A stretch of 64,000 nucleotides of DNA from Scenedesmus sp. PABB004 (Eukaryota). How positions within the stretch are numbered: the first letter of the stretch is position 1; the number at the start of each line of letters is the position of its first letter. The notes under the pieces were generated by a model. The model made no database searches and was not told where the DNA came from. It was given only the letters and a program-made list of their open reading frames with translations. The position numbers and the translations under genes are program-made. Of this stretch, positions 21,275 to 33,939 are shown piece after piece. Location: the NCBI GenBank assembly GCA_014905635.1, contig JABVCE010000012.1, positions 1 through 64,000 of the forward strand, in the 5' to 3' direction.

Positions 21275-22658
21275 GTGTGTGTGTGGGGGGGGGGGGGGGG
21301 AGGCGCCGCGCGGCGGTGGCGCGGGCGGCGTGCGGCGACCGCGGCCGGGCCGGGGCGCGGCGGGGCCGCACGGCGAGGCCGCCGCCAGCGCCGGCGTCCG
21401 CGCCCGCCCGTCGCGCGCTGCCGCCGCTGCCGCCGCTGCCGCCGCGCCTTTGCGGTGGCGCTGGTGATGAGGTCGAGCCGCGTGTGGAGCTTGCGCAGCT
21501 GGTGGTGGCTGCCGCTGCCGTTGCTGATGACCTCGACGCCAGCGAGCGCGAGGCCGATGTGGGGCGCCGCGGGCGTGAACAGCTCCTCGCACGTCTCCGC
21601 CGCCAGCACCGCGTCGTCGAGCGCGAGCACGCCGTCACCAAACGGCGCGTCGGCCTGGCCGCCGCACGCGGTCGACACGTCGGGCGGCAGGCGGTGCGGC
21701 TCGAGCACACCCTTGTGCTTCCAGGCGGCAAAGTAGCTGCGACGCGGCGCGGCGGTGCAGCGGCGGCACGGCGCGGGCGCGGCGCGGGCGGCGCGTGCGT
21801 GCGCTCAGCGCGGGCGCCGTGCACCGCGGCGCGGTCGCACTGCGCGCGGGGCGCCCGCGCGGCCGGCTGCGAGCGCTCACCGCGTCTCCGGTAGTTGCCG
21901 TCGTTGGCGAGGTGCAGCTTGGGGCGCAGCAGCAGCACCTTGCCGTCCAGCAGCAGGCAGCGGCAGTTGTAGAGGACGCCTGCGGCGCCGCGCGGCGCCG
22001 CCGGGTTCCGTTGGGCGCCGGGCGCGCGGCCCGCCCTCCTCTGGGGGAGGGAGGGAGCGAGCGGCGGGCGAGCCCGCCCCAGCCCTGCGCGCCGCGCCGC
22101 CGGGGGCCGCGCCCCTGGCCACCTCTGTGTATAACAGGCATGCCGACGTCCACCAGCAGCCCCGCCGTCGCGCCGCTGCGCACCAGCTCCTGCGCGCACG
22201 CGGCGGGGCGTGCGGGCGCGGGCGCGCGCCTCGGTGGCGGCGCGGCGCGCGGCGGCCCGCGCACGGCTACGGCGCCCCCGCAGCGGCTGCAGCGCCGGCT
22301 GCGCGCACGCGTGCCGCGAGGCGCTGCGCGTTGCGCGGCGCCTCACTCACCGCGAGCACCTCCCAGGCGTGGTTGACTGTGTCGAGCTCATAAAAGTGGT
22401 CCTCGCAGCCGTAGCCACACACCTCCAGCTCAGGCCCAACCTGACACAGAGCAGCGCGCAGGCAGGGCAGGTCGGTGGGCGCCGCACGGCGGCTCGCCCG
22501 CGCGCTGCGGACGCGCGGCCGCCGCGGCTCACGCGGTACGTGGCGCCCGCGGCGCGCGCGTCGGCGATGGAGCGCTGGATGCGCTCCAGGTTGCCGGAAA
22601 AGTCCATGGCCCATTGGTTCAAGTTGCACGTGGCCAGCGTGGCCAGACGGCGCCGCAT
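18848..22658 (-). CDS. QNS1: Glutamine-dependent NAD(+) synthetase (multi-exon)
   Basis: Exons give [143 protein letters not shown] and [38 protein letters not shown] at 18806-18810 on the minus strand. Confidence 0.95.
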
Positions 22659-23245
22659 CGCTGCTGCCGCCACCGCGCGGCACTGCCGCCGGCCCGCGCG
22701 CACCGGCGCTGGCTGTGATGCGAGAGGCAGGCGTGCCAGCGCTCAGGCGCGGCGGGGCCCCGCCGGGAGCGCGGGCGGCGTGCTGGCGGCGCGGGGCGCG
22801 GGCGCCGCTGCTCGCTGTCGCGGCGTCGGTAGGGCGCAGCAGCTGCGGTCGGGTCCGACCGCGCGTGACCGAGGGGCAATGCCGACAATGCTCGGGCTGG
22901 AGCGTGGAGTTGTTATTGGCGCAGCGGGTTCACCAGGTTACAGCGACAGCAGCGACGGCGTGGCCTCGCCGCGGCGCCCCGGCGCTCCACTCCGGCGCCT
23001 CCACCTGCTCCCGTCACAAGCAGCTCGCTCAACAGGTTGTTCTCGCAGCTCTCTCCAGCCGCGTGTGCGCCAGCAGCGGCAGCAGTAGCACCACTGGCAG
23101 CGACCCGGCACCGGCGCCAGCAGCGGCCAGCGCTGGCAGCAGCAGCTGCCGCCACAGCAGCAGGCAGCAGCAGCGGCCGGCGGTAGCCTCGGGGGCCATG
23201 CGCCGGGGCGGCGCGCCCGGCGGCGGCCGCTAGAGCGCGCGCAGC

Positions 23246-25087
23246 ATGCGGGCGGCGCGGCCGCGGCGAGCGTCGCTGCCGGGGCGGCTGCGCCCGGCGC
23301 GCGGCGGCGTGAGCGCGCGCTGCGCGCTCGCCGGCCTCGCCGCGCTCGCCGCGGCGGCGCTGCTGCTGTCGGCGGCCGCGCTCGCGCGCCGGGCGCCGCG
23401 GGGGCTGCCCGGCGCCGGCGCGGCGGTGACGCTGCTGCCGGGTGAGGAGCAGCTGTACGGAGCCCCGCTGCCGCCGCCGCGCCCGGCGGCGCCGGCGCGG
23501 GCGGCGCGGCGGCGGCGCCGTGCAGCGGGCCGTGCCAGCTGCTGGTGCTGGGCTACTTCCACAGCGGCGCGTCGCGCGTCGCGCGGCTCCTCATGCTCAT
23601 GCGCGTGTGGGCAGGCCGCGCCGACGAGCTGCGCATCGGTAACCGCTGACCGCGGGGCGCGGGGCCGGCGGGCGCGCGGTGGGGGTGCGGCGCGGCGGCC
23701 GAGAGCGCGCCCGCCCGCCCGCCCGCCCGCCCGCCCGCCGCAGACGCCGGCAACCGGCTGCGATGGTGGGAGCTGCGGCACGTGACGGCGCTGAACGACC
23801 TGTGAGCAGGGCGCTGGAGGGAGGGGGCGGGGTGGCTCTGCCGCCGCCGCCGCCGCCGCCGCCGCCGCCCAACCGGCCCCCGCCCCGCCCCCGCGCCCCC
23901 GCCCCCCGTCCCCGCGCCGCGCCGCGCCGTTCCGCGCCCGCCGCAGGCTGCTGCGCAAGTACGTGCCCCCGGCGGCCCGCCGGCGCGGCTGGGGCGCGGC
24001 TTCTCCCTGTTGTCGCTCGATCGTGGCGACGCGCTGTACTATGGCGACCGCGTGCGCCAGGCGGTCGCCGCGCTGGACGCGCGCCACCGGCCCTGGCTGG
24101 TGAAGGACCCGCGGCTCTCCTGGTTTGCGCCCGCCTGGCTGGAGCGCCTCGACTCGCCGCTCTGCGTGCTGGCGGTCGACCTGGCGCCGGGCGGGGTCGG
24201 CGCGCGGGCCGCGCGGCGCGCGCGCCGCGCGCGCCGCGGCGCGGCCGCTCGGCGGCGGCGGAGGGCCGCAGCCCGCCGCGGCGCGGGGCGGCGCGGAAGA
24301 GGAGGAGGAGGAGGAGGGAGGAGGAGGAGGAGGGGGAGGAGGGGAGGGGGAGGTCAGCGCCGCGACGCACGTGGAGCGCTGGACCAACGCGACGCTGTCG
24401 GCGCTGCAGGCGTGCCTGGCCGTGCCCACGGTCGTCGTGCCCAGCAGCGTGCTGGAGCCGCCCCTGCTGCGGCCCTTCCTCGCTGCGCTGCAGCAGCACC
24501 TTGTCCTGGCGGGTGCGCGCGCGGGGCGCGCGGCGCGCGGCCGCGCACGCGCGCTCGGGCGGGCGGGCGGGCGGGCGGGGGCTGACCGCCGCCGTGCGGC
24601 GCGCGCGCGCTCTGGCGCAGGCGTGCAGGGCACGGTGCTGCCGCCGGGCGCGCTGCTGGATGAGCAATACACGGACCACCTTCCCTCCGCTGACGGCGCG
24701 GCCGCGACGGCGCGGGCGCCCGCCGCGCCTGCGCGGCAAACGCGTCCGCTTACGGCGCGGCGCTGCTGCGCGAGAGCTGCACCTGGCTGCCGCCGCACCT
24801 CGCGGCGGCCGTGGGCGGCGGGCGGCAGCGGCGGCGGCGGCGCGCCGCCGCCGGAGCTCCCGATCCCCGCGCAGGCGCTGCTGGAGGCGCTGGCGGCGCA
24901 CCTGCACGCCGTGCTGGCGCACCCGCGGCCCGGGCGCGATGCGGCCAAGGCGGCGGCCGCCATTCTCGCTGACTACCGCCGGCGCGTCGCGGCGCTCGTG
25001 CGCGCGGCGCGGGGGCGCGGCGAGCACGACGCGGGCCTGCTCGCAGGGCTGGTCGCGGACGCGCTGCGGGCCGTGGCGGTCGCATAG
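23246..25087 (+). CDS. Membrane-anchored sulfotransferase-family (P-loop-like) protein, multi-exon
   Basis: N-terminal hydrophobic anchor; LLVLGYFHSGASRVARLL, WELRHVTALND and PWLVKDPRLSWFAPAW motifs. Confidence 0.6.
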
Positions 25088-25144
25088 CGCGGCGACAAAC
25101 GCGCGCAACGAATGCGATTCGCGCCGCGTGCCGCACCGCGCGCC

Positions 25145-25620
25145 GCGCCCGCCTGGCAGCGACGGTGCGCGGCGGTGCAGGCCCAGGGCGCAGGCGCCGC
25201 CCGGCCGGCTGCCCGCGCCGCCGCCGCCGCCGAGGAGGCCCCCCGCGCGCGCCACCCCGCCGCCCAACACAGCCGCCGCCACAGCGCCTCCCTGCCACAC
25301 ACGCACGAACACAAGCGCTCGCCGCGGTCCACAGCTCCCACGTGCACCGCGCCGCCGCCCAGCGCCCGCCCCCGCCCGCGGCCCGGCCCTGGCCAGGCGA
25401 AGCGCGGACCTGCGGGCGCCTGACGGCCGGGCCGGGCCGCCCAGCGCAGCGCCAGGCGAGCTGTGCGCGCGGGCGGGCGGGGAGGGCAGCAGCGGCGGGC
25501 GGGCCGCGCTGCGCGGCGCCGCTGCGGGCGGCGGGGGCTGCGGCGGTGCGCGGGTGGCGGGCGTGTGGTATGGGCTGCCGGGCCTGCGCGCCCCGGGCGC
25601 CGCTGGCAGGCCCGCCGCCC
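25145..25620 (+). repeat. Dispersed leader repeat, copy A
   Basis: Colinear with the reverse complements of 57770-58240 and 59700-60140. Confidence 0.85.
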
Positions 25621-25650
25621 TGCGTCGACCGCGCCTGCCGCGCGCGCAAG

Positions 25651-26223
25651 TCTGTGACGGCGGTGCTGCTGGCGAGCGGCGAGCTCGCGGGGATCCTGCT
25701 ATACGGGGGCGAGCCGCACGACCACGGCAGGGAGCCGTCGGGTGCGCGCCCCGCCCGCCCGCCCGCGCGCCCACCCGCCCGTGCGCGCCCGCCCGCGCCG
25801 GGAGTGCTGCGCGCGGACAGCTGACGTGCGCCGCGCCGCCCGCCTGCGCGCTCGCCAGCGGTGGGGCCGCTGCAGTCGGCGCTCGAGATCGTCGACGCCA
25901 TGCGCGCCGCGCCGCGTGGGGCGTTGTTCTCCGCCGCGCGGGCCGCCGCGGAGTGGACGCGCCTCGGCGACGGCGACGGCGTCGACGACGGCGGCAGCGA
26001 GGGCGACGACGACGGGCTGCTGCACAGCATGAGCCGCCAGCTGGACGACGCGCACGCCACCACCGCGCTGGCGTGCACGTTCGCGGAGGCGATGGAGCCT
26101 GGCGACCCCGCCGTGGCGGCGGACGTCGAGCTGTATATCTCCGCGGCGCTGGAGCTGCACCTGCAGCGCCGCGGTCGAGGCGGCCAGCTGGGCGCCGCGG
26201 TCGAGGCGGCGGCGGCGCAGTAA
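25651..26223 (+). CDS. Hypothetical protein (two visible exons, start uncertain)
   Basis: Coding-like frames SVTAVLLASGELAGILLYG and VGPLQSALEIVDAMR...ELYISAALELHL, separated by a GT...CTGAC...CAG intron (~25742-25858). Confidence 0.45.
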
Positions 26224-26269
26224 CCTTGCCCGCCCCCTCTGCCCCCCGGCGCGCGCTGCCGTCCCGCGC

Positions 26270-26321
<52 letters not shown>

Positions 26322-26548
26322 GCTCGCGGCGAGGCCCCACGCTCGTGGCGGGCGAGCGGGCCGCGCGCGCTGGCGGCGCGCTAAGCTTGCGCCGGCGGTT
26401 TAGCGCTCGCCGTTCGAGCGCCCGCGCCGCGTGACCGCCCCTCCCTCCCGCTGGCACCAGCGCTCCAGGCACGCCCCCGGCGCGTCCCTGCTCCGCCCGG
26501 CGGGCGCTGCGCCCAGCGACGCGCACCGCGTGCCGCAGCAGCGCCTGC

Positions 26549-26603
<55 letters not shown>

Positions 26604-26706
26604 GCCCGTGCACGGACCGGCACGCCTCCAATCAGCGGCCCTCTACTCCCCGGACGCTCGAGCCGCGCGCGTGGGCGGTCCGAGCGGCGGCGGCAGAGGC
26701 GCGGAG

Positions 26707-29700
26707 ATGGCGACAGCAGCCCACCGCGCGCACGGCGCGCACGCGGCGCAGCCACCCACGGCGCCGCCCGCGAGCGCCTCGCCCAGCCGGGTGCGCGGCC
26801 AGGTGCGCGCAACTGGCGCCCCGAGCTCGCAGCACAGCAGCACCGGCACGGCGCGCCGCCGTCGCCGCCGGCGCGCGGGGCGCGACGCTGCCCCCTGCGC
26901 GCGCGCGCCGGTGCAGGACGAGCGCCTCAGCACGCCCGGCGCCGCGACCGCCGCAGGCCGCCGGTGAGCCCACGCAGCCCGGCGCGGCGCCGCCCGCGAC
27001 CTTCGCGCAGAGCGCCGGAGTCGGCGCCCAGGTGCGCGACAGCGCGCCGCGAGCTGCCCGTGCCCGCTCCCCTTTGGCGCGCGGGGCGTGCGCGGGCGCA
27101 GCCTGCTGCCCCGCGCGCGCGCGCGCGCCGGCGCTTGCAGGACGACCGCCTGAGCGCGCCCGGCGCGCCGCCGCAGGACGCCGGCGAGCCCGCGCAGGCC
27201 CGGCGGCCGAGGCGCGGGGCCGCGGCGCCCCAGCCTGCGCCGCGCGCGGGCGCTGCGGCGGACCTGGGTCTCGAGGCGGAGGCGGAGGCGGCGCGGCAGC
27301 AGGCCGACGCGCTTGAAGCGCTCGAGCGCGCGCACCAGCTCGACGCGTCCCTCGCGGAGCTGCCGCGCGGAGCGCTGCGCGTGCAGGTGCTGAACGCGCT
27401 CCTCAGGCGCCCCGGGCTCGAGCCGTGCCTGCGCGCGACCGTGGTCGCGGCCATGGCGCGCGCGGTGGCGGAGATGCACGAGGCGGGCGAGGCCCTCGTG
27501 TGGGGGGTCGGCGCTGCAGCGGCGGAGATCGAGAGTGCGTGTGCGGGGAGGGAGGGGGGAGGGGCAGCCGTGGGCGCCGAGGCTGCAGCGCTGCGCGCCC
27601 TGCTCCAGCGCTGCCGCGCGGCGTGGGCTGATGCGCATGCTGCCGGACCGCTCCGCGCAGAGATGCTGCAGGAGTACGCGGACGCGACCGTTGCAGGGAC
27701 GGCCCGCTGTGCCAAGCACCTCAAGCCGTGCACCGGCTGCCGCGCCAACAGGGGCGCGTGCCTCAGAGCCAAGCCCGCGGGCAGCCGCACGCGCGCGGCG
27801 CAGCTGCATGCGCAGCTCATCGGCATGGCCACGGGTGCGCGGCAGACGCGCGCGCTGCAGCGGCCGCGGCCGGCGGGGCCCACGCCCACCCTTCCCTGCC
27901 ACGCGTGCTCGCAGTCGCGCCGCAGGTCGCGGCGGCGGTGGCGCAGCTCGAGGCGGCGCACCCGGGGCTGGCCGGCGCGCAGGTGCGCTGCGCTATCCCC
28001 GCGGCCCTCCGCCCGCGCCGCGGGCGGCGTGCTGCACGCCGCCGCCGCGCCGCCGGCTTGATGCATGACGCGCGGCCACGCCCGCGCGTGCGATGGCCCC
28101 GCGGCCCCTGCCCTACGCCCGCGCCGCGGCCGGCGTGCTCCGCATCGCCCGACGCGCAGCGCATCGCCCGACGCGCCGCGCCGCGTCGCAGGCCGGCGTC
28201 AAGGCGCTGCAGGCGCAGCTCGTGGCGGCGCGCGCGGAGCTCGCCGAGCAGCTGACGGCGGCGCGGCAGGCGGCGGCCGACGCGGCGGCGGCGGCCGACG
28301 CGGAGCGCGCGGCGCTCGCCGAGCAGCTGACGGCGGCGCGGCAGCAGGCGGCCGACGCGGCGGCGGCGGCCGACGCGGAGCGCGCGGCGCTCGCCGAGCA
28401 GCTGGAGGTGGCCCAGGTGCGCGCCGCCGCCGCCGCGCCGCCGGTTCGATGCACGGCGCGCGCCCGCGCCCGCGGCCGACGCGCGGCGGTGGCTCACGCA
28501 AGCGCCCGCGCCCGCGCCGTCCCTTTGCAGGACGCGCGCGCGCGCGCTAGCGAGCAGCTGCAGGAGCAGCAGCAGACCGCGGCGGCCGACGCGCAGCGCC
28601 AGGCGGCGGCCTCGGCGGCCGCGGCAGCGACGGCGGTGGCGCAGCTCGAGGCGGCGCGCGCGGCGCTCGCGGAGCAGCTGACGGCGGCGCGGCAGGCGGC
28701 GGCCGACGCGGCGGCGGCGGCCGACGCGGAGCGCGCGGCGCTCGCCGAGCAGCTGACGGCGGCGCGGCAGCAGGCGGCCGACGCGGCGGCGGCGGCCGAC
28801 GCGGAGCGCGCGGCGCTCGCCGAGCAGCTGGAGGTGGCCCAGGTGCGCGCCGCCGCCGCCGCGCCGCCGGTTCGATGCACGGCGCGCGCCCGCGCGCCCG
28901 CGGCCGACGCGCGGCGGTGGCTCACGCAAGCGCCCGCGCCCGCGCCGTCCCTTTGCAGGACGCGCGCGCGCGCGCTAGCGAGCAGCTGCAGGAGCAGCAG
29001 CAGACCGCGGCGGCCGACGCGCAGCGCCAGGCGGCGGCCTCGGCGGCCGCGGCAGCGACGGCGGTGGCGCAGCTCGAGGCGGCGCGCGCGGCGCTCGCGG
29101 AGCAGCTGACGGCGGCGCGGCAGGCGGCGGCCGACGCGGCGGCGGCGGCCGACGCGGAGCGCGCGGCGCTCGCCGAGCAGCTGACGGCGGCGCGGCAGGC
29201 GGCGGCCGACGCGGCGGCGGCGGCCGACGCGGAGCGCGCGGCGCTCGCCGAGCAGCTGACGGCGGCGCGGCAGCAGGCGGCCGACGCGGCGGCGGCGGCC
29301 GACGCGGAGCGCGCGGCGCTCGCCGAGCAGCTGACGGCGGCGCGGCAGCAGGCGGCCGACGCGGCGGCGGCGGCCGACGCGGAGCGCGCGGCGCTCGCCG
29401 AGCAGCTGGAGGTGGCCCAGGTGCGCGCCGCCGCCGCCGCGCCGCCGGTTCGATGCACGGCGCGCGCCCGCGCCCGCGGCCGACGCGCGGCGGTGGCTCA
29501 CGCAAGCGCCCGCGCCCGCGCCGTCCCTTTGCAGGACGCGCGCGCGCGCGCTAGCGAGCAGCTGCAGGAGCAGCAGCAGACCGCGGCGGCCGACGCGCAG
29601 CGCCAGGCGGCGGCCTCGGCGGCCGCGGCAGCGACGGCGGTGGCGCAGCTCGAGGCGGCGCGCGCGGCGCTCGCGGAGCAGCTGACGGCGGCGCGGCAGG

Positions 29701-32700
29701 CGGCGGCCGACGCGGCGGCGGCGGCCGACGCGGAGCGCGCGGCGTTCGCCGAGCAGCTGACGGCGGCGCGGCAGCAGGCGGCCGACGCGGCGGCGGCGGC
29801 CGACGCGGAGCGCGCGGCGCTCGCCGAGCAGCTGGAGGTGGCCCAGGTGCGCGCCGCCGCCGCCGCGCCGCCGGTTCGATGCACGGCGCGCGCCCGCGCC
29901 CGCGGCCGACGCGCGGCGGTGGCTCACGCAAGCGCCCGCGCCCGCGCCGTCCCTTTGCAGGACGCGCGCGCGCGCGCTAGCGAGCAGCTGCAGGAGCAGC
30001 AGCAGACCGCGGCGGCCGACGCGCAGCGCCAGGCGGCGGCCTCGGCGGCCGCGGCAGCGACGGCGGTGGCGCAGCTCGAGGCGGCGCGCGCGGCGCTCGC
30101 GGAGCAGCTGACGGCGGCGCGGCAGGCGGCGGCCGACGCGGCGGCGGCGGCCGACGCGGAGCGCGCGGCGCTCGCCGAGCAGCTGACGGCGGCGCGGCAG
30201 GCGGCGGCCGACGCGGCGGCGGCGGCCGACGCGGAGCGCGCGGCGCTCGCCGAGCAGCTGACGGCGGCGCGGCAGGCGGCGGCCGACGCGGCGGCGGCGG
30301 CCGACGCGGAGCGCGCGGCGCTCGCCGAGCAGCTGACGGCGGCGCGGCAGCAGGCGGCCGACGCGGCGGCGGCGGCCGACGCGGAGCGCGCGGCGCTCGC
30401 CGAGCAGCTGGAGGTGGCCCAGGTGCGCGCCGCCGCCGCCGCGCCGCCGGTTCGATGCACGGCGCGCGCCCGCGCCCGCGGCCGACGCGCGGCGGTGGCT
30501 CACGCAAGCGCCCGCGCCCGCGCCGTCCCTTTGCAGGACGCGCGCGCGCGCGCTAGCGAGCAGCTGCAGGAGCAGCAGCAGACCGCGGCGGCCGACGCGC
30601 AGCGCCAGGCGGCGGCCTCGGCGGCCGCGGCAGCGACGGCGGTGGCGCAGCTCGAGGCGGCGCGCGCGGCGCTCGCGGAGCAGCTGACGGCGGCGCGGCA
30701 GGCGGCGGCCGACGCGGCGGCGGCGGCCGACGCGGAGCGCGCGGCGCTCGCCGAGCAGCTGACGGCGGCGCGGCAGGCGGCGGCCGACGCGGCGGCGGCG
30801 GCCGACGCGAGCGCGCGGCGCTCGCCGAGCAGCTGACGGCGGCGCGGCAGGCGGCGGCCGACGCGGCGGCGGCGGCCGACGCGGAGCGCGCGGCGCTCGC
30901 CGAGCAGCTGACGGCGGCGCGGCAGCAGGCGGCCGACGCGGCGGCGGCGGCCGACGCGGAGCGCGCGGCGCTCGCCGAGCAGCTGGAGGTGGCCCAGGTG
31001 CGCGCCGCCGCCGCCGCGCCGCCGGTTCGATGCACGGCGCGCGCCCGCGCCCGCGGCCGACGCGCGGCGGTGGCTCACGCAAGCGCCCGCGCCCGCGCCG
31101 TCCCTTTGCAGGACGCGCGCCGCGCGCGCTAGCGAGCAGCTGCAGGAGCAGCAGCAGACCGCGGCGGCCGACGCGCAGCGCCAGGCGGCGGCCTCGGCGG
31201 CCGCGGCAGCGACGGCGGTGGCGCAGCTCGAGGCGGCGCGCGCGGCGCTCGCGGAGCAGCTGACGGCGGCGCGGCAGGCGGCGGCCGAGGCGCGGCGGGG
31301 CCGACGCGGAGCGCGCGGCGCTCGCCGAGCAGCTGACGGCGGCGCGGCAGGCGGCGGCCGACGCGGCGGCGGCGGCCGACGCGGAGCGCGCGGCGCTCGC
31401 CGAGCAGCTGACGGCGGCGCGGCAGGCGGCGGCCGACGCGGCGGCGGCGGCCGACGCGGAGCGCGCGGCGCTCGCCGAGCAGCTGACGGCGGCGCGGCAG
31501 CAGGCGGCCGACGCGGCGGCGGCGGCCGACGCGGAGCGCGCGGCGCTCGCCGAGCAGCTGGAGGTGGCCCAGGTGCGCGCCGCCGCCGCCGCGCCGCCGG
31601 TTCGATGCACGGCGCGCGCCCGCGCCGCGGCCGACGCGCGGCGGTGGCTCACGCAAGCGCCCGCGCCCGCGCCGTCCCTTTGCAGGACGCGCGCGCGCGC
31701 GCTAGCGAGCAGCTGCAGGAGCAGCAGCAGACCGCGGCGGCCGACGCGCAGCGCCAGGCGGCGGCCTCGGCGGCCGCGGCAGCGACGGCGGTGGCGCAGC
31801 TCGAGGCGGCGCGCGCGGCGCTCGCGGAGCAGCTGACGGCGGCGCGGCAGGCGGCGGCCGACGCGGCGGCGGCGGCCGACGCGGAGCGCGCGGCGCTCGC
31901 CGAGCAGCTGACGGCGGCGCGGCAGGCGGCGGCCGACGCGGCGGCGGCGGCGACGCGGAGCGCGCGGCGCTCGCCGAGCAGCTGACGGCGGCGCGGCAGG
32001 CGGCGGCCGACGCGGCGGCGGCGGCCGACGCGGAGCGCGCGGCGCTCGCCGAGCAGCTGACGGCGGCGCGGCAGCAGGCGGCCGACGCGGCGGCGGCGGC
32101 CGACGCGGAGCGCGCGGCGCTCGCCGAGCAGCTGGAGGTGGCCCAGGTGCGCGCCGCCGCCGCCGCGCCGCCGGTTCGATGCACGGCGCGCGCCCGCGCC
32201 CGCGGCCGACGCGCGGCGGTGGCTCACGCAAGCGCCCGCGCCCGCGCCGTCCCTTTGCAGGACGCGCGCGCGCGCGCTAGCGAGCAGCTGCAGGAGCAGC
32301 AGCAGACCGCGGCGGCCGACGCGCAGCGCCAGGCGGCGGCCTCGGCGGCCGCGGCAGCGACGGCGGTGGCGCAGCTCGAGGCGGCGCGCGCGGCGCTCGC
32401 CGCGGCGCAGGCCCTGCACGTCGAGTGGCATGCGGGCGCGATTGAGCTGCTGGAGCAGCACGACGCCGCGCTGGAGCAGCTGCGCGGGCAGCACGCCGCC
32501 GCGCTCGAGCAGCGCGACGCCGCGCGCGCGAGCGCGGCCACGCTGCGGCAGGAGGCGGCCGCGGCGAGCGCCGCGCACAAGGCGGAGCTGGAGGCGCTGC
32601 GCGGGCAGCACGCCGCCGCGCTCGAGCAGCTCGAGCAGCTCGAGGCCGCGCGCGCCGCGCTCGAGCAGGGCGCGGCCGCGGCGGCCGCCGCGTCGGAGCC

Positions 32701-33156
32701 CGAGGCGGCCGTGCCGAGCAGCGGGGCGCCCAAGCGTCCCCTCAGCCCGGCCGCGGCCACCGCCACCGCTGCCACCGCCGCCGCCGCCGCTGCCACCGCG
32801 CCAAAGCGCCAGCACTTGGCGAGCCCGGCGGCGGGCGGCGGCGAGCAGGCGGGCGTGCCCAGCGGCGGCGCGGTGGCACCGCCCGGCCGCGGCGCCGAGG
32901 GCAACGGCGAGGCGCGCGAGCGCGAGGCGGCGCAGGGCGCGGCCGCCGCGGGCGCCGCGGCCGCGGCCGAGCCGGGGGAGGACGCAGCCGCGGCGAGCGC
33001 CGCGCACACGGCGGCGCTCGCTGCTGCGCAGGAGCAGGACGGCGGGGCGCCCAAGCGCGCCCACAGCCCGGCCTCGTCCGCCGGCGGGCAGAAGCGCCGG
33101 CACGGCGCGGCGGGCGGCGAGCAGGCGGGCGCGCCCGGCGGCGGCGTGGCGGCGCT

Positions 33157-33209
<53 letters not shown>

Positions 33210-33698
33210 TGGGCGGGCCCGTGGCCGGCGCGCCGGGCGGCGGCGAGCAGGCGGGCGCGCCCCGGCGGCGGCGGCGCGGAGAGCGACGACGGCGAGGCCA
33301 GCGACGGCGACGACGGCGAGGCGCCGCCGCTGCAGCCGGCGCCGCCGCCAGTGCCGCCGCCGTGCGCGGTCGAGCTGCTGCTCGGCGCCAAGGCCATCCT
33401 GGGCCGCGCGGAGCTTACGGCCACCCTCCGCATGCTCAAAACCAACAAGCCCAAGCTGACCATAAAGCGCAAGTCCCAGCTCAACCCCCTGCGCCAGGTC
33501 ACTGGGGAGCGCGAGGGGCAGGCCAGCGTGCCGGAGCTCATGAGCCTGCTCACCAGGGCCATCATGATGTCGCCGGAGACGCGGGGCGGCCGGGGCGGCC
33601 CGGCGAGCCAGGTGCTGTTGGCGCCGGAGAAGGCGGCGCTGGAAGCGGTGCTCGCGCACATCGCGCAGGCCGCGGGCGGGGCCGCGGCGGTGGGGTGA
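26707..33698 (+). CDS. Large Ala/Gln/Glu-rich coiled-coil protein with tandemly amplified exons and a unique C-terminal domain
   Basis: ATG at 26707 and GT-AG introns; repeated exon DARARASEQLQEQQQ...AEQLEVAQ; final exon with NLS-like PKR motifs and VELLLGAKAILGRAEL...AVG-TGA (one indel near 33260). Confidence 0.65.
28240..32400 (+). repeat. Tandem array of intron+exon units (426 or ~576 bp) containing 75-bp subrepeats
   Basis: A near-identical ~114-bp intron starts at 28417, 28843, 29421, 29847, 30423, 30998, 31573 and 32147. Confidence 0.95.
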
Positions 33699-33939
33699 CC
33701 GAGGGGTCTGCGGCGTGTGGCGTCGGCGGCTGCGGCGGAGGCGGTGGAGCGGGCGGCGGAGGCTGCGGCAGAGGCGGTGGAGCGGGTGGCGGAGGGCTGT
33801 GCGGCGGGTGGTGGGGTTCATGGCCAACTGCAACTGCAACTGGGGTGGCATGTCGCGGGGCAGGCTCCGTCATGTGCAGCTGTCAGTGGCCAGGGCCAGG
33901 GCCTAGCCGCCGTGCCGTGCCGCCGTCCAGGGCCGTCCA

